Source: Octopus vulgaris (taxonomy: Eukaryota). From it: a DNA stretch of 64,000 nucleotides. Location: the NCBI GenBank assembly GCA_951406725.2, contig OX597831.1, positions 4,898,001-4,962,000 on the forward strand, read 5' to 3'. The position numbers and the translations under genes were made by a program. Below, one piece after another: positions 14,082-25,184 of this stretch; positions within the stretch are counted from its first letter, which is position 1; every line of letters starts with the position of its first letter. The notes beneath the pieces are model-generated. The model saw only the letters and a program-made list of their open reading frames with translations. It had not been told where the DNA came from and did no database searches.

Positions 14082-14765
14082 TGTATGTATGTATGTATGT
14101 ATGTATGTATGTATGTATGTTTGTATTTATGTATGTATGTTTGTATTTATGTATGTATGTATGTATGTATGTATGTATGTATGTATGTATGTATGTATGT
14201 ATGTATGTATATATGTATGTATGTATATATGCATGTATGTATGTATGTATATATGCATATATGTATGCATTATGTATGCATGTATGTATGCATGTATGTA
14301 TATATGCATGTATGTATGCATGTATGTATGTATGTATGCATGTATGTATGTCTGTATGTGTGCATGTATGTATGCATGTATGTATGTATGTATGTATGCA
14401 TGTATATATGCATGTATGTATGCATGTATGTATGTATGCATGTATGTATGTATGTATGTATGCATGTATGCATGTATGTATGTATGTATGTATGTATGCA
14501 TGTATGTATGTATGTGTGTGTGTGTGTCTTAGTGTCTGTGTTTATCCTCCTTTCACCGCTTGGCAACCGGTGTTGGTGTGTTTACGTCTCCGTAACTGAG
14601 CGATTCGGCAAAAAAAAAAAGAAAAACCCGATAGAATAAGTAGTAAACTTAACAAACAAGTCCTACGGCGGGGCGGTGGGGGAGATTTGTTCTACTAAAA
14701 CACATTTAAAGCGGTGCTCCAGCATGGCTGCCGCCAAAGGTCTGAGATAAGTAAAAGAATAAAAA
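13935..14765 (+). mobile_element. SINE family A with the internal microsatellite expanded to about 470 bp of (TATG)n/(TATGCATG)
   Basis: 5' half at 13935-14050, (ATGT)n array at about 14052-14515, 3' half at 14530-14765. Confidence 0.8.
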
Positions 14766-14855
14766 TGTATACATATTCATATGCGTGCGTGCGTGCGTGC
14801 GTGCGTGTGTGTGTTTTCGAGCGTTCTTCCATTCTCCTCTCTCTCTCTCTCTCTC

Positions 14856-14909
<54 letters not shown>

Positions 14910-15158
14910 TCTCTCTCTCTTTCTCTCTCTCTTACTCTAAGTCATGTAGCGTAATCCATAATCATTCAGTCTCCCCACCACCACCACCACCATCTCCGCC
15001 GTCCCCACCTTCGTCCCACTCTGTGTGTTGTGCTTTTTATGTTAATTATGTTAACCACGCCCACCAATACGTCATTGGCTCAACCTTTCTGTAAGCACAG
15101 CGCGTCAACACACACGCACGGTAAGACAGCCAGAGGCATGCGTGTGTGAGCGCCTATG

Positions 15159-15218
<60 letters not shown>

Positions 15219-15223
15219 CATAC

Positions 15224-15308
<85 letters not shown>

Positions 15309-15309
15309 T

Positions 15310-15474
<165 letters not shown>

Positions 15475-15531
15475 CATATATATATACATACATATATATA
15501 TATATATATATGAATATATATACATATACAT

Positions 15532-15578
<47 letters not shown>

Positions 15579-15617
15579 TATATATATACATATGTATGTA
15601 TGTATGTATGTATAACT

Positions 15618-16000
15618 TTTACCCGTTTTATTCTTTTGACTTTGACCATGCTGGAACAACGCCTGGACTTATTCTTTGTAAACCTGGTACTTGTTATATC
15701 GCTCTCTTCTGCCGAACCGCTATTTTAGGGATGCCTAAACGCACCAACATCAGCCGTCAAGCGATGGGGCGATATGGCGGATGCAGGGATTCAAACACAG
15801 ACACAAAGGCACACACATAAGTATATACACATATATGTACGACGGGCTTCTTTCAGTTTCCATCTACTAAATCCACTCACAAGGCATTGGTCGGCCCAAG
15901 GCTATAGTTGAAGACACTTGCTCAAGATGCCACGCAGTGGGACTGAACCCGGAACTATGTGGTTGGTAAGCAAGCTACTTACCACACAGCCACTCCTAGG
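15618..16000 (-). mobile_element. SINE family A
   Basis: Reverse-complement match. A further 3' fragment lies at about 16005-16140. Confidence 0.8.
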
Positions 16001-16137
16001 TCTTTTCTTTTCTTTTATTCTTTTATGTGTTTCAGTAATTTGACTTTGGCCATGCTGGAGCACCATCGTAAAAGGTTTTTAGTCGAAGAAATCGACCTCA
16101 GGACTTATTCTTTGTAAGCCTTGTACTTATTCCATCG

Positions 16138-16172
<35 letters not shown>

Positions 16173-16174
16173 TG

Positions 16175-16205
<31 letters not shown>

Positions 16206-16790
16206 TTGTGTGTGTGTGCATGTGTATGTATATATATATATATATATATGCGTGTGTGTATGTGCGTGCTTATATATGAGTGTGTGTGTGTGTGTGAGAG
16301 AGTGTGTGTGTGTGTCTGTCTGTCTATGTGTGTGTGCGCGCAGGCGCTCAAATATGTCTAGAACTTTTTAAATAAAACCAAATTAGCGATCCCATTGACC
16401 CCTCATACCCGGAAGAGAGAGAGAGAGAACGAGAGAGAGACAGAGAGAGAGAGAGAAAGATGGAAAGAGAGAGACAGAAATACAGACTGACAGACAGACG
16501 CACACACACACACACACACACACACGAACCTGAAATCCCAGGAACTCCCTACAGCGCTTCGTCTTCTCCCTATTGAACACGCTCTCCTCCCACATCAAAA
16601 CTTTCAAATCCCTCAGGAGTCTGCACATGCGCAGTACGCACTCATCAATTGTGTTTACATTTCACACGATATGATTTCACTTCCGTTATCCATCTTGATA
16701 CTGACGTGTTGTGGCATTCATCACATGTCCCGGATTCTTTCAATGAATTAACATTTTGACTGTATGTGTGTGTGTGCATGTATGTATGTA

Positions 16791-16834
<44 letters not shown>

Positions 16835-16967
16835 TATAGCATACAAACAATAAGTCCTGGGGCGATCTGTTCAACTAAAGGCGGTGCTTCAGCATGGCCG
16901 CAGTCAAGTGACTGCAACAAGTAAAAGAATAAAGAAAGAATACATATAAACATGTCTGTATGTATAA

Positions 16968-17066
<99 letters not shown>

Positions 17067-17180
17067 ATGATAAGAGTAAATAATTTCTATAAAGGCTTTT
17101 AAAAAAAACCCAATTATTTACTGGTAGAATTCGGTATGTAAATATAGCCGATTACCGGCAGGAACTTCTGTAAAGTTCAG

Positions 17181-17402
17181 TATATATATTGTATATAAGA
17201 AAAAGGGACAGGCAAAACAGGTTGCTTGACCGCATACCGAAAAAATAGAAATAGCAGTCAAGAATGCTTATTTCTATCAAAGTTGGACTCCGGAGTCCAA
17301 CTTTGATAGAAATAAGCATTCTTGACTGCTATTTCTATTTTTTCGGTATGCGGTCAAGCAACCTGTTTTGCCTGTCCCTTTTTCTTATATACAATATATA
17401 TA
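17181..17402. repeat. Perfect 222-bp palindrome (111-bp arms, no spacer)
   Basis: The centre is ...ggactcc|ggagtcc... at 17291/17292. Base-by-base reading found no mismatch between the arms. Confidence 0.95.
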
Positions 17403-17808
17403 TATACATATATATATACATATATATATACATATATCGCAGTAGAAGTGGCTGCTTGGAAAAGAAAATGGTTTTGGGTTCAGTGCCAGTGCGTGCCACG
17501 CTGATCAAGTGAATTTGCTAGGCGAAACATGATATTTATGTATAGTATATGTGTGAGCACATATATACTCACATACATACATACATGCAATGTAAGCTAG
17601 AGTAAATTACCCGAAGTGATGTAATAACAGCCTTGTTAATTTAGTTACAGACCGATTATTTCTTTGTTGGCGAGAATTTCAATAGTTTTGATCTGAAACA
17701 AGTTTCTGAATGTATCAAGTGTGCGGCTAAAGAACGGTTCCCTGTCCAAACAACGAATACTACGAGACTCAAGAACAATCTGTGATGGAACGTATAAATA
17801 TAAATAAA

Positions 17809-18578
17809 GGCGGCGAGCTGGCACGCCGTTACGTCTGCCGTTACGTTCTGAGTTCAAATTCCGCCGAGGTTGACTTTGCCTTTCATCCTTTCGGGTTCGA
17901 TAAATTAAGTAACAGTTACGGACTAGGGTCGATATAATCGACTTAATCCGTTTGTCTGTCCTTGTTTGTCCTCTCTGTGTTTAGCCCCTTGTGGGTAGTA
18001 AAGAAATAGGTATTTCGTCTGCCGTTACGTTCTGAGTGCAAATTCCGCCGAGGTCGACTTTGCCTTTCATCCTTTCGGAGTCGATTAAATAAGTACCAGT
18101 TACGCACTGGGGTCGATATAATCGACTTAATCCGTTCGTCTATCCTTATTTGTCCCCTCTGTGTTTAGCCCCTTGTGGGTAGTAAAGAAATAGTTATTTC
18201 GTCTGTCTTTATGTTCTGAGTTCAAATTCCGCCGAGGTCGAATTTGCCTTTCATCCTTTCGTGGTCGGTAATTCAAGTACCAGTTACGCACTGGGGTCGA
18301 TGCAATCGACTTAATCCCTTTGTCTGTCCTTGTTTGTCCCCTCTATGTTTAGCCCCTTGAGGGCAATAAAGAAATAAGAAACGTTAGCACGCCGGGAGAA
18401 ATACTTAGCAGTATTTCGTCTGCTGCTATGTTCTGATTTCAAATTCCGCCAAGGTCGACTTTGCCTTTCATTATTTCGGGGATCGATAAATTAAGTACCA
18501 GTTGCGTACTGAGGTCGATCTAATCGACTGGCCCCATCTACCCAAATTTCGGGCCTTGTGCCTAGAGTAGGAAAGGAA
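17809..18578 (+). mobile_element. SINE family B, head-to-tail array of four units of about 185-200 bp
   Basis: Units at about 17809-18009, 18010-18191, 18192-18376 and 18377-18578, each containing gttctgag..caaattccgccgaggtcgactttgcctttcatc...gtcgat..aatcgact. Confidence 0.9.
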
Positions 18579-18960
18579 TATATAGGTGTAGGTGTGGCTG
18601 TGTGGTAAGATGCATGCTTCCAGGTTCAGTCCCACAACATGGCACCTTGGGCAAGTGTATTCTGCTATAGCCTCGAGTCCACCAAAGCTTTGTAAGTGTA
18701 CACGGTAGACGAAAACTGAGAGAAGCATATATATATTTATATATACAAAATAAGGGCAAAAGAAATATTCTAATGCCAGATATACCGAAAAAAAAAGACA
18801 AAAATTGTCAATAACCACTATAATTTATGCGTCTCGAAACAAACCGATAGAAATTTCGAGGTTAATTCATAAGAATGTTCCCCTCTTCAGCGATAAATAT
18901 GTGAGATATAAGTGAAATACTTACTCATACCCATGGAAATTAGTTATAAATTTTATCCTA

Positions 18961-19069
<109 letters not shown>

Positions 19070-19351
19070 TACATATACATATATACATATATATACATAT
19101 ATATATACATATATATACATATATATACATATATATACATATATATATAGAGATAGATATACATATATATGCACACATACTTTAGTATTAAAGCTGCAAA
19201 AACATCACAAGAAAAATGATGATGATTTTGTGTTGTTTTTTTAGCTTTAATGATAAAGCATATTACTCTATCTCCGGTATTTGAGTACTATTTTTTTCCC
19301 ACCTTATTTTACACCTATGTGCTTACTCTGGTGTGTGTATATATATGCATA

Positions 19352-19384
19352 TATGGTACAGGTCTTCAACAGAAGAGACCATTG

Positions 19385-19461
<77 letters not shown>

Positions 19462-19769
19462 CATCCTCCCTAAATGCCTGAGAGACTTGCATGGTGTGGA
19501 TGTGGGTTTCTTTAAAACTAAACTGGATCTCTTCTTGTCGGGGTTCCCAGATGAACCTACCTCACGACAGGAGACACAGATGCGGGCAGCGGCATCGAAC
19601 TCCCTTGTTGACCAAGTGCCACGTATCAGATGTGGATTCACATATTAGTGTAGCTCATTCAGCGGTGGTGCCCCAGCATGGCCGCGGCCTTCGGGCTATA
19701 ACATTTTAAAGGATTTTTTAAGGATATATATATATACAATGGTCTCTTCTGTCGAAGACCTGTACCATA
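19352..19769. repeat. Inverted repeat of about 40 bp (tatggtacaggtcttc(a/g)acagaagagaccattgtatata) enclosing (TA)n and a LINE fragment
   Basis: Arms at about 19352-19392 and 19728-19769 with one mismatch. Confidence 0.85.
19461..19725 (+). mobile_element. CR1-group LINE (family L) 3' fragment
   Basis: Translates NILPKCLRDLHGVDVGFFKTKLDLFLSGFPDEPTSRQETQMRAAASNSLVDQVP, homologous to 11656-12141. Tail gcggtggtgccccagcatggccgcgg. Confidence 0.85.
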
Positions 19770-20157
19770 ATTCATTTGTTTATAAATGATCAAATGTATG
19801 TGTTGCACCTTCCATCAAATTGAAGTTGTCTGAACAGGTGCGTGGTGTACCAAATTCCAGGTGTTGAAGTTTTGGCCATTAGACGGTAGACGTGCTGGAA
19901 CAAACCGAATTTTTTTTTGTTTTTTTGTTTCCTTTACTCAGCCAGGATATGCGGACATAAAGAAACGAACACAGGATGGCAGGCGATATGCGGGAAAAAT
20001 CATTAGAGAAAAAAATTCACATGAACATACATATTGATGCAAACATGTACGTGTAACGTGTAAGTTTGCTTACTGAGATGAAGAATGCTACACGAAGAAG
20101 TTTCCGAAGCGGCTTTAGTCGTATTAAAATATTTTCAGCTCTCAAACCTCCTCAATA

Positions 20158-20191
<34 letters not shown>

Positions 20192-21653
20192 GAGTGAGAG
20201 AGCAGTTCATGCCATCAAAGTGACACTGGGGTAAAATATACGAAGCCCAATATACCCATCATGACTACCCGTCTGATAATGGTACACCAGGCACATGCAT
20301 CACAACCATATGTGCGCAACATGGTGATCTCATATCAAGATAAACAGCACATGACCTTGCAGGTGGGGCCCAGTTAGAATTTTCTTCAGGTTGAGTAGCC
20401 CATCCCGCTCAAAAGGTCCCTGAATAAGGGTTGTTTAAGGATGTTGAAAGAACCACCCATGTTTCCAGAGGTGAATTATTCAAACCCCAAAGAATCCCTC
20501 TCAACATATGGCTATGATGCTCCCCCACTACTTCTGCTTGTGATCAGAGATGCACATATCGTCAGCCACTAAGGGACATGCTCAACTGGTTAAGGTCAAA
20601 CAACTGACAAGCAAATCTGTGGTATTGAGCAGAAGTAGTGAGAGAGCATTCATGCCATCAAAGTGACACTGGGGTAAAATATACGAAGCCCAATATACTC
20701 ATCATGACTACCCGTCTGATAAGGGTACACCAGGCACATGCATCACAACCATACGTGCGCGACATGGTGATCTCATATCAAGATAAACAGCACATGACCT
20801 TGCAGGTGGGGCCCAGTTAGAATTTTCTTCAGGTTGAGTAGCCCATCCCGCTCAAACGGTCCCTGAATAAGGGTTGTTTAAGGATGTTGAAAAAACCACC
20901 CATGTTTCCAGAGGTGAATTATTCAAACCCCAAAGAATCCCTCTCAACACATGGCTATGATGCTCCCCCACTACTTCTGCTCATGATCAGAGATGCACAT
21001 ATCGTCAGCCACTAAGGGACATGCTCAACTGGTTAAGGTCAAACAACTGACAAGCAAATCTGTGGTATTGAGCAGAATATTATTATTATTATTATTGAGT
21101 GAGAGAGCAGTTCATGCCATCAAAGTGACACTGGGGTAAAATATACGAAGCCCAATATACCCATCATGACTACCCGTCTGATAAGGGTACACCAGGCACA
21201 TGCATCACAACCATACGTGCGCGACATGGTGATCTCATATCAAGATAAACAGCACATGACCTTGCAGGTGGGGCCCAGTTAGAATTTTCTTCAGGTTGAG
21301 TAGCCCATCCCGCTCAAACGGTCCCTGAATAAGGGTTGTTTAAGGATGTTGAAAAAACCACCCATGTTTCCAGAGGTGAATTATTCAAACCCCAAAGAAT
21401 CCCTCTCAACACATGGCTATGATGCTCCCCCACTACTTCTGCTCGTGATCAGAGATGCACATATCGTCAGCCACTAAGGGACATGCTCAACTGGTTAAGG
21501 TCAAACAACTGACAAGCAAATCTGTGGTATTGAGCAGAATATTTGCTGTAGCCCATCTTTTATACCAAGACAAAACAATGTACATGATAACACTTCCAAT
21601 CAGTTAAGATCAGAAGCCATGAGAGCCACTGCCTGGTACTGCATCAGGGCATC
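20192..21653 (-). mobile_element. Tandem trimer of an (ATT)n-embedded non-LTR-type element (one 557-bp copy plus two copies of about 440 bp)
   Basis: Copies at 20192-20634, 20637-21077 and 21097-21653 differ at only a few positions. They are flanked and partly separated by (TTA)n. The minus strand ends ...gctctctcactc-(aat)n. Orientation and class are inferred. Confidence 0.8.
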
Positions 21654-21705
<52 letters not shown>

Positions 21706-22173
21706 AATATATACATATACATACATACATATATATATATATACATATGTATACATACTCTTTTACTCTTTACTCTTTTACTTGGTTCAGCCAGTTGACT
21801 GTGGCCATGCTGGAGCACCGCCTGTAGTCGAGCAAATCGACTCTAGGACTTATTCTTTGTAAGCCTAGTACTTATTGTAAGTCTAGGCTTCAAAAGGCAG
21901 TTGCTCCCGCGAACCAAAATAAAATGTTGGATTTGTGGAGAGTCAAAGTTCGTAACAAAAAAAGGACAATGGAGACATACAACAAACCAAACGAAAACAA
22001 ATTTGGAGGGCCGTTAGGCGAGACGAGGTAAGGTAGCGACCGCTGAAGGAATATTGTGTTTGACAAGAGAAAAGATAGAAGAGGAGACAGATAAGAATGC
22101 GTCTGGTCTGTAAGACAGACTGACAGAAAAGAAAGATGATCACGTGAGGAAAAGAAAGATGGACGATGGTCAC

Positions 22174-22227
<54 letters not shown>

Positions 22228-22659
22228 CGAGTTACTTTCAGTTTCCGTGTACCCGATTCACTCGCAAGGCTTCGGTTGGCTCGAGTGTATTGTAGAAAGT
22301 ACTTACTCAAGATGCCATGCAGTGGAACTGAACCCGGAACCGTGCGGTTTAGAAGCAAGCTTTGCACCTATTATTTGACTTTCCGACAAGTCCCGTTTTA
22401 ATTTACATTTTGAGGTTTACTTTCTTGTTTCCCGATGGCATCGAGTTGAAGAAATGTGTTCCGAAGCAAAACCAGTAAAAAAAAAATTAATTAATTAATT
22501 AATTAATTAAAAAACAAACAAACGAATTCACTGCCATTGAAAAACAAATAAGAGAAACTTGGCAAAAATATATTCGTAGGCATGGTTGTGTGGTTACGTA
22601 GCTGGCTCTGTAGCTACAGGATTTCGGGGGTTCAATCCCACTGCGGCCGACCAATGCCT

Positions 22660-23060
22660 TACTCTTTTACTTGTTTCAGTCATTTGACTGAGGCCATGAT
22701 GGAGTACAGCCTTTAGTCGATCAAATGGACCGCAGGACTTATTCTTTGTAAGCCCAGTACTTAGTCTGTCGGTCACTTTTGCCGAACTGCTAAATTACGG
22801 GGACATAAACACACCAGCATCGGTTGTCAAGCGATGTTGGGAAAGGGACAAACACAGACACACAAACATGAACATATATACATACATATATACGACGGGC
22901 TTCTTTCAGTTTCCGTCTACCAAATCCACTCACAAGGCTTTGGTCGGCCCGAGACTATAGTAGAAGACACTTGCCCAAGGTGCCACGCAGTAGGACTGAA
23001 CCCGGAACCATATGGATCGTAAGCAAGCAAGCTGCTCACCATACAGCCACGCCTGTGCCT
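22660..23060 (-). mobile_element. SINE family A
   Basis: Reverse-complement match. Partial copies also lie at about 21757-21875 and 22225-22370. Confidence 0.8.
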
Positions 23061-23781
23061 TGTGAATGAACCTGATAGGCGGAAAGACTGAGGAAGTCCG
23101 TCGTGTGTGTGTGTGAGGATAGGTGTCTTTGAGCTTGTCCACACCATCGCTTGACAACCGGTGTTTGTTTGTTTATGAATGTGTACTGAACCTCGCAATG
23201 TTGAATAAATATTCTTTATTTCTAGGTTTAAAATGCTTCCAATTCTTATCTACAGTGCAGACGAGTACCATCGTTCCCATTTGGCAAGCTCGATAACTGT
23301 TAAGAGAAGCCAACTTACATGAAACTATTGGTGGCTTTGGTAAGCCCAATAAAGTATATATAGATATACATAGATTCGATGAGCCACCACAGACTCTCCG
23401 TCTACCAAATTCATTCACAAGACTTTGGTCGCCTGGGGTTATGGAAGAAGGTACTTACTCAAAGTACGGCGCGATGGGGTCGAGCCCGAAAACATGTGGT
23501 TAGAAAACGAGATTCTTAACCACGCTTATAAATATACAGTAACACACAAGGATCTCGGTCGGAATTTATGAGCTTGAGATGCTCAACGGCTCCATCAACT
23601 AACCTACCTAACTCTGCGAATCAGTGTGTATACGACTGAGGATTTCACAGACACCTTTATCCTAAAAGAAATTCGCAGGAGAATCAATGAGGCAGTGTGT
23701 GACAAGGTTGGACATTTGGAATACCGGTATAGTTCAGCTAACAGGATTCTACTGGGTTTCCACTTACCTACTTTCACTCAA

Positions 23782-24089
23782 GTGGAGGCACATGGCCTAG
23801 TGGTTAGAGCAGCGGACTCGCGGTCGAGAGATCGCGGGTTCGAATCTCAGACCGGGCGATGTGTGTGTTTATAAGCGAAAACACCTAAGCTCCACGCGGC
23901 TCCGGCAGAAGGTAATGGCAAACTTCTGCTGATTCTTTCGCCACAACTTTCTCTCACTCTTTACCCTTTGCATCTTGCAGCTCACCTGCGGCGGACCGGC
24001 GTCCCGTCCAGGTGGGGAACCTATACTCCAAGGAAACCGGGAAACCGGCCCTATGAGCCAGGCATGACTTGAGAAAGAACAAACAGACA
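23782..24089 (+). mobile_element. tRNA-derived SINE, family D (tRNA-Arg-like head), with a 12-bp TSD
   Basis: A-box tggcctagtgg and B-box ggttcgaatct are intact. The TSD actttcactcaa lies at 23770-23781 and 24090-24101. The segment ctgcggcggaccggcgtcccgtccagg resembles a V-domain-type motif. Confidence 0.85.
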
Positions 24090-24804
24090 ACTTTCACTCA
24101 AAATGTTCGGATCGAACTGAAGCTTTAATAAAAAAGAAACAGAAAGCACTCGCTCAAGTGGAATCGAACCCTGGATCTGGTGATGAAGAAGCAAACTTCC
24201 GAACCATTCGACCATATTAAGCTTGAAACAAACTCTGTGTGTGTGGTGGTGGGGGGCGTGTATATATGTATAAATAGTCAAATAGTATAACCCTTTACTA
24301 TGGCATATAAGTGTCCTCATGACAGAAAATTTGTTTTAGAAACGTGGTCTCCTCCGTTTGCGGACTAGAGAATGGGAAAAAAAGGATGCAAGCACGGTTA
24401 ACCCACTTTGGCCATAGTTGAAAATCATAGGAGACAACTCTCGTTCCTCTCTCTCAGAAAGGTTTTCTTTTCTTAATGAAGCAAATCAAATACAAACAGC
24501 AAAATTCCAAAAGGCGTTCTCTATTAGTAATATTAGACTGATGCACGCGTCAATGCATGTCTGTAATCACAATAGTGAATTAGGTGGAGTGAAAATTTAA
24601 AAATTTGTGGAAATTGAAAATGTCTGAGAGCTAGAATGTTGTTATATTTGATTACTAGAAAAATGTTAAAATTTCGCTCTTGACTTTGCAAAAGCTCTTC
24701 TATAGGTTTTTTTCATGTATGATTTGCCATCTTGGAAAAGCTGGGAAATGGCAGTGGTGGAAAATGGAGGCACTTCAAAGGAAACACAAATAGTGGCCCT
24801 CTCT

Positions 24805-25027
24805 TATTTCTTTATCACCCACAAGGGGCTAAACATAGAGGGAACATACAAGAGGATTAAGTCGATTAGATTGACTCCAGTGCGTAACTGGTACTTAATT
24901 TATCGACTCCGAAAGGATGAAAGGCAATGTCAACCCCGGCGAAATTTGAACTCAGAACGTAACGGCAGACGAAATACCGCTAAGCATTTCGCCCGGCGTG
25001 CTAACGTTTCTGCCAGCTCGCCGCCAT
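24805..25027 (-). mobile_element. SINE family B, part of a tRNA-SINE chimera
   Basis: Family B copy on the minus strand running from head to tail. The TSD gtggccctctct (24793-24804 and 25076-25087) encloses both it and the tRNA fragment. Confidence 0.9.
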
Positions 25028-25076
25028 TGGTGGTCAGCATGGGGCTCGAACCCACGACATTCGCATTATCAGCACG
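25028..25076 (-). pseudogene. Retrocopied 3' fragment of tRNA-Ile (positions 28-76, anticodon GAT, CCA encoded)
   Basis: The minus strand reads cgtg-ctGATaa-tgcga-atgtc-gtggg-ttcgagc-cccat-gctgacc-a-CCA. It fits standard tRNA numbering 28-76 exactly and resembles metazoan tRNA-Ile(AAT) ...CGTGCTAATAACGCGAAGGTCG.GGGTTCGA.CCCC... Confidence 0.85.
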
Positions 25077-25184
25077 TGGCCCTCTCTGATATGCCCTCAG
25101 CTTCCCTCGATGGCTACGCAGACGATACGAAAGTCTCGTAGAAAATACAAAAGCCTAGCGATGTTGCAAGCCCGCAGCGGGAGT

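Noticed and set aside
20192-21653. Hammerhead-containing retrozyme array
   Set aside because: CUGANGA words exist on the minus strand (ctgaaga, ctgacga), but I could not find a following stem II plus GAAA, so no ribozyme is supported by eye.
23784-23856. Functional tRNA-Arg gene
   Set aside because: A and B boxes are present but the acceptor stem does not pair, and the sequence continues into a SINE body enclosed by a 12-bp TSD.
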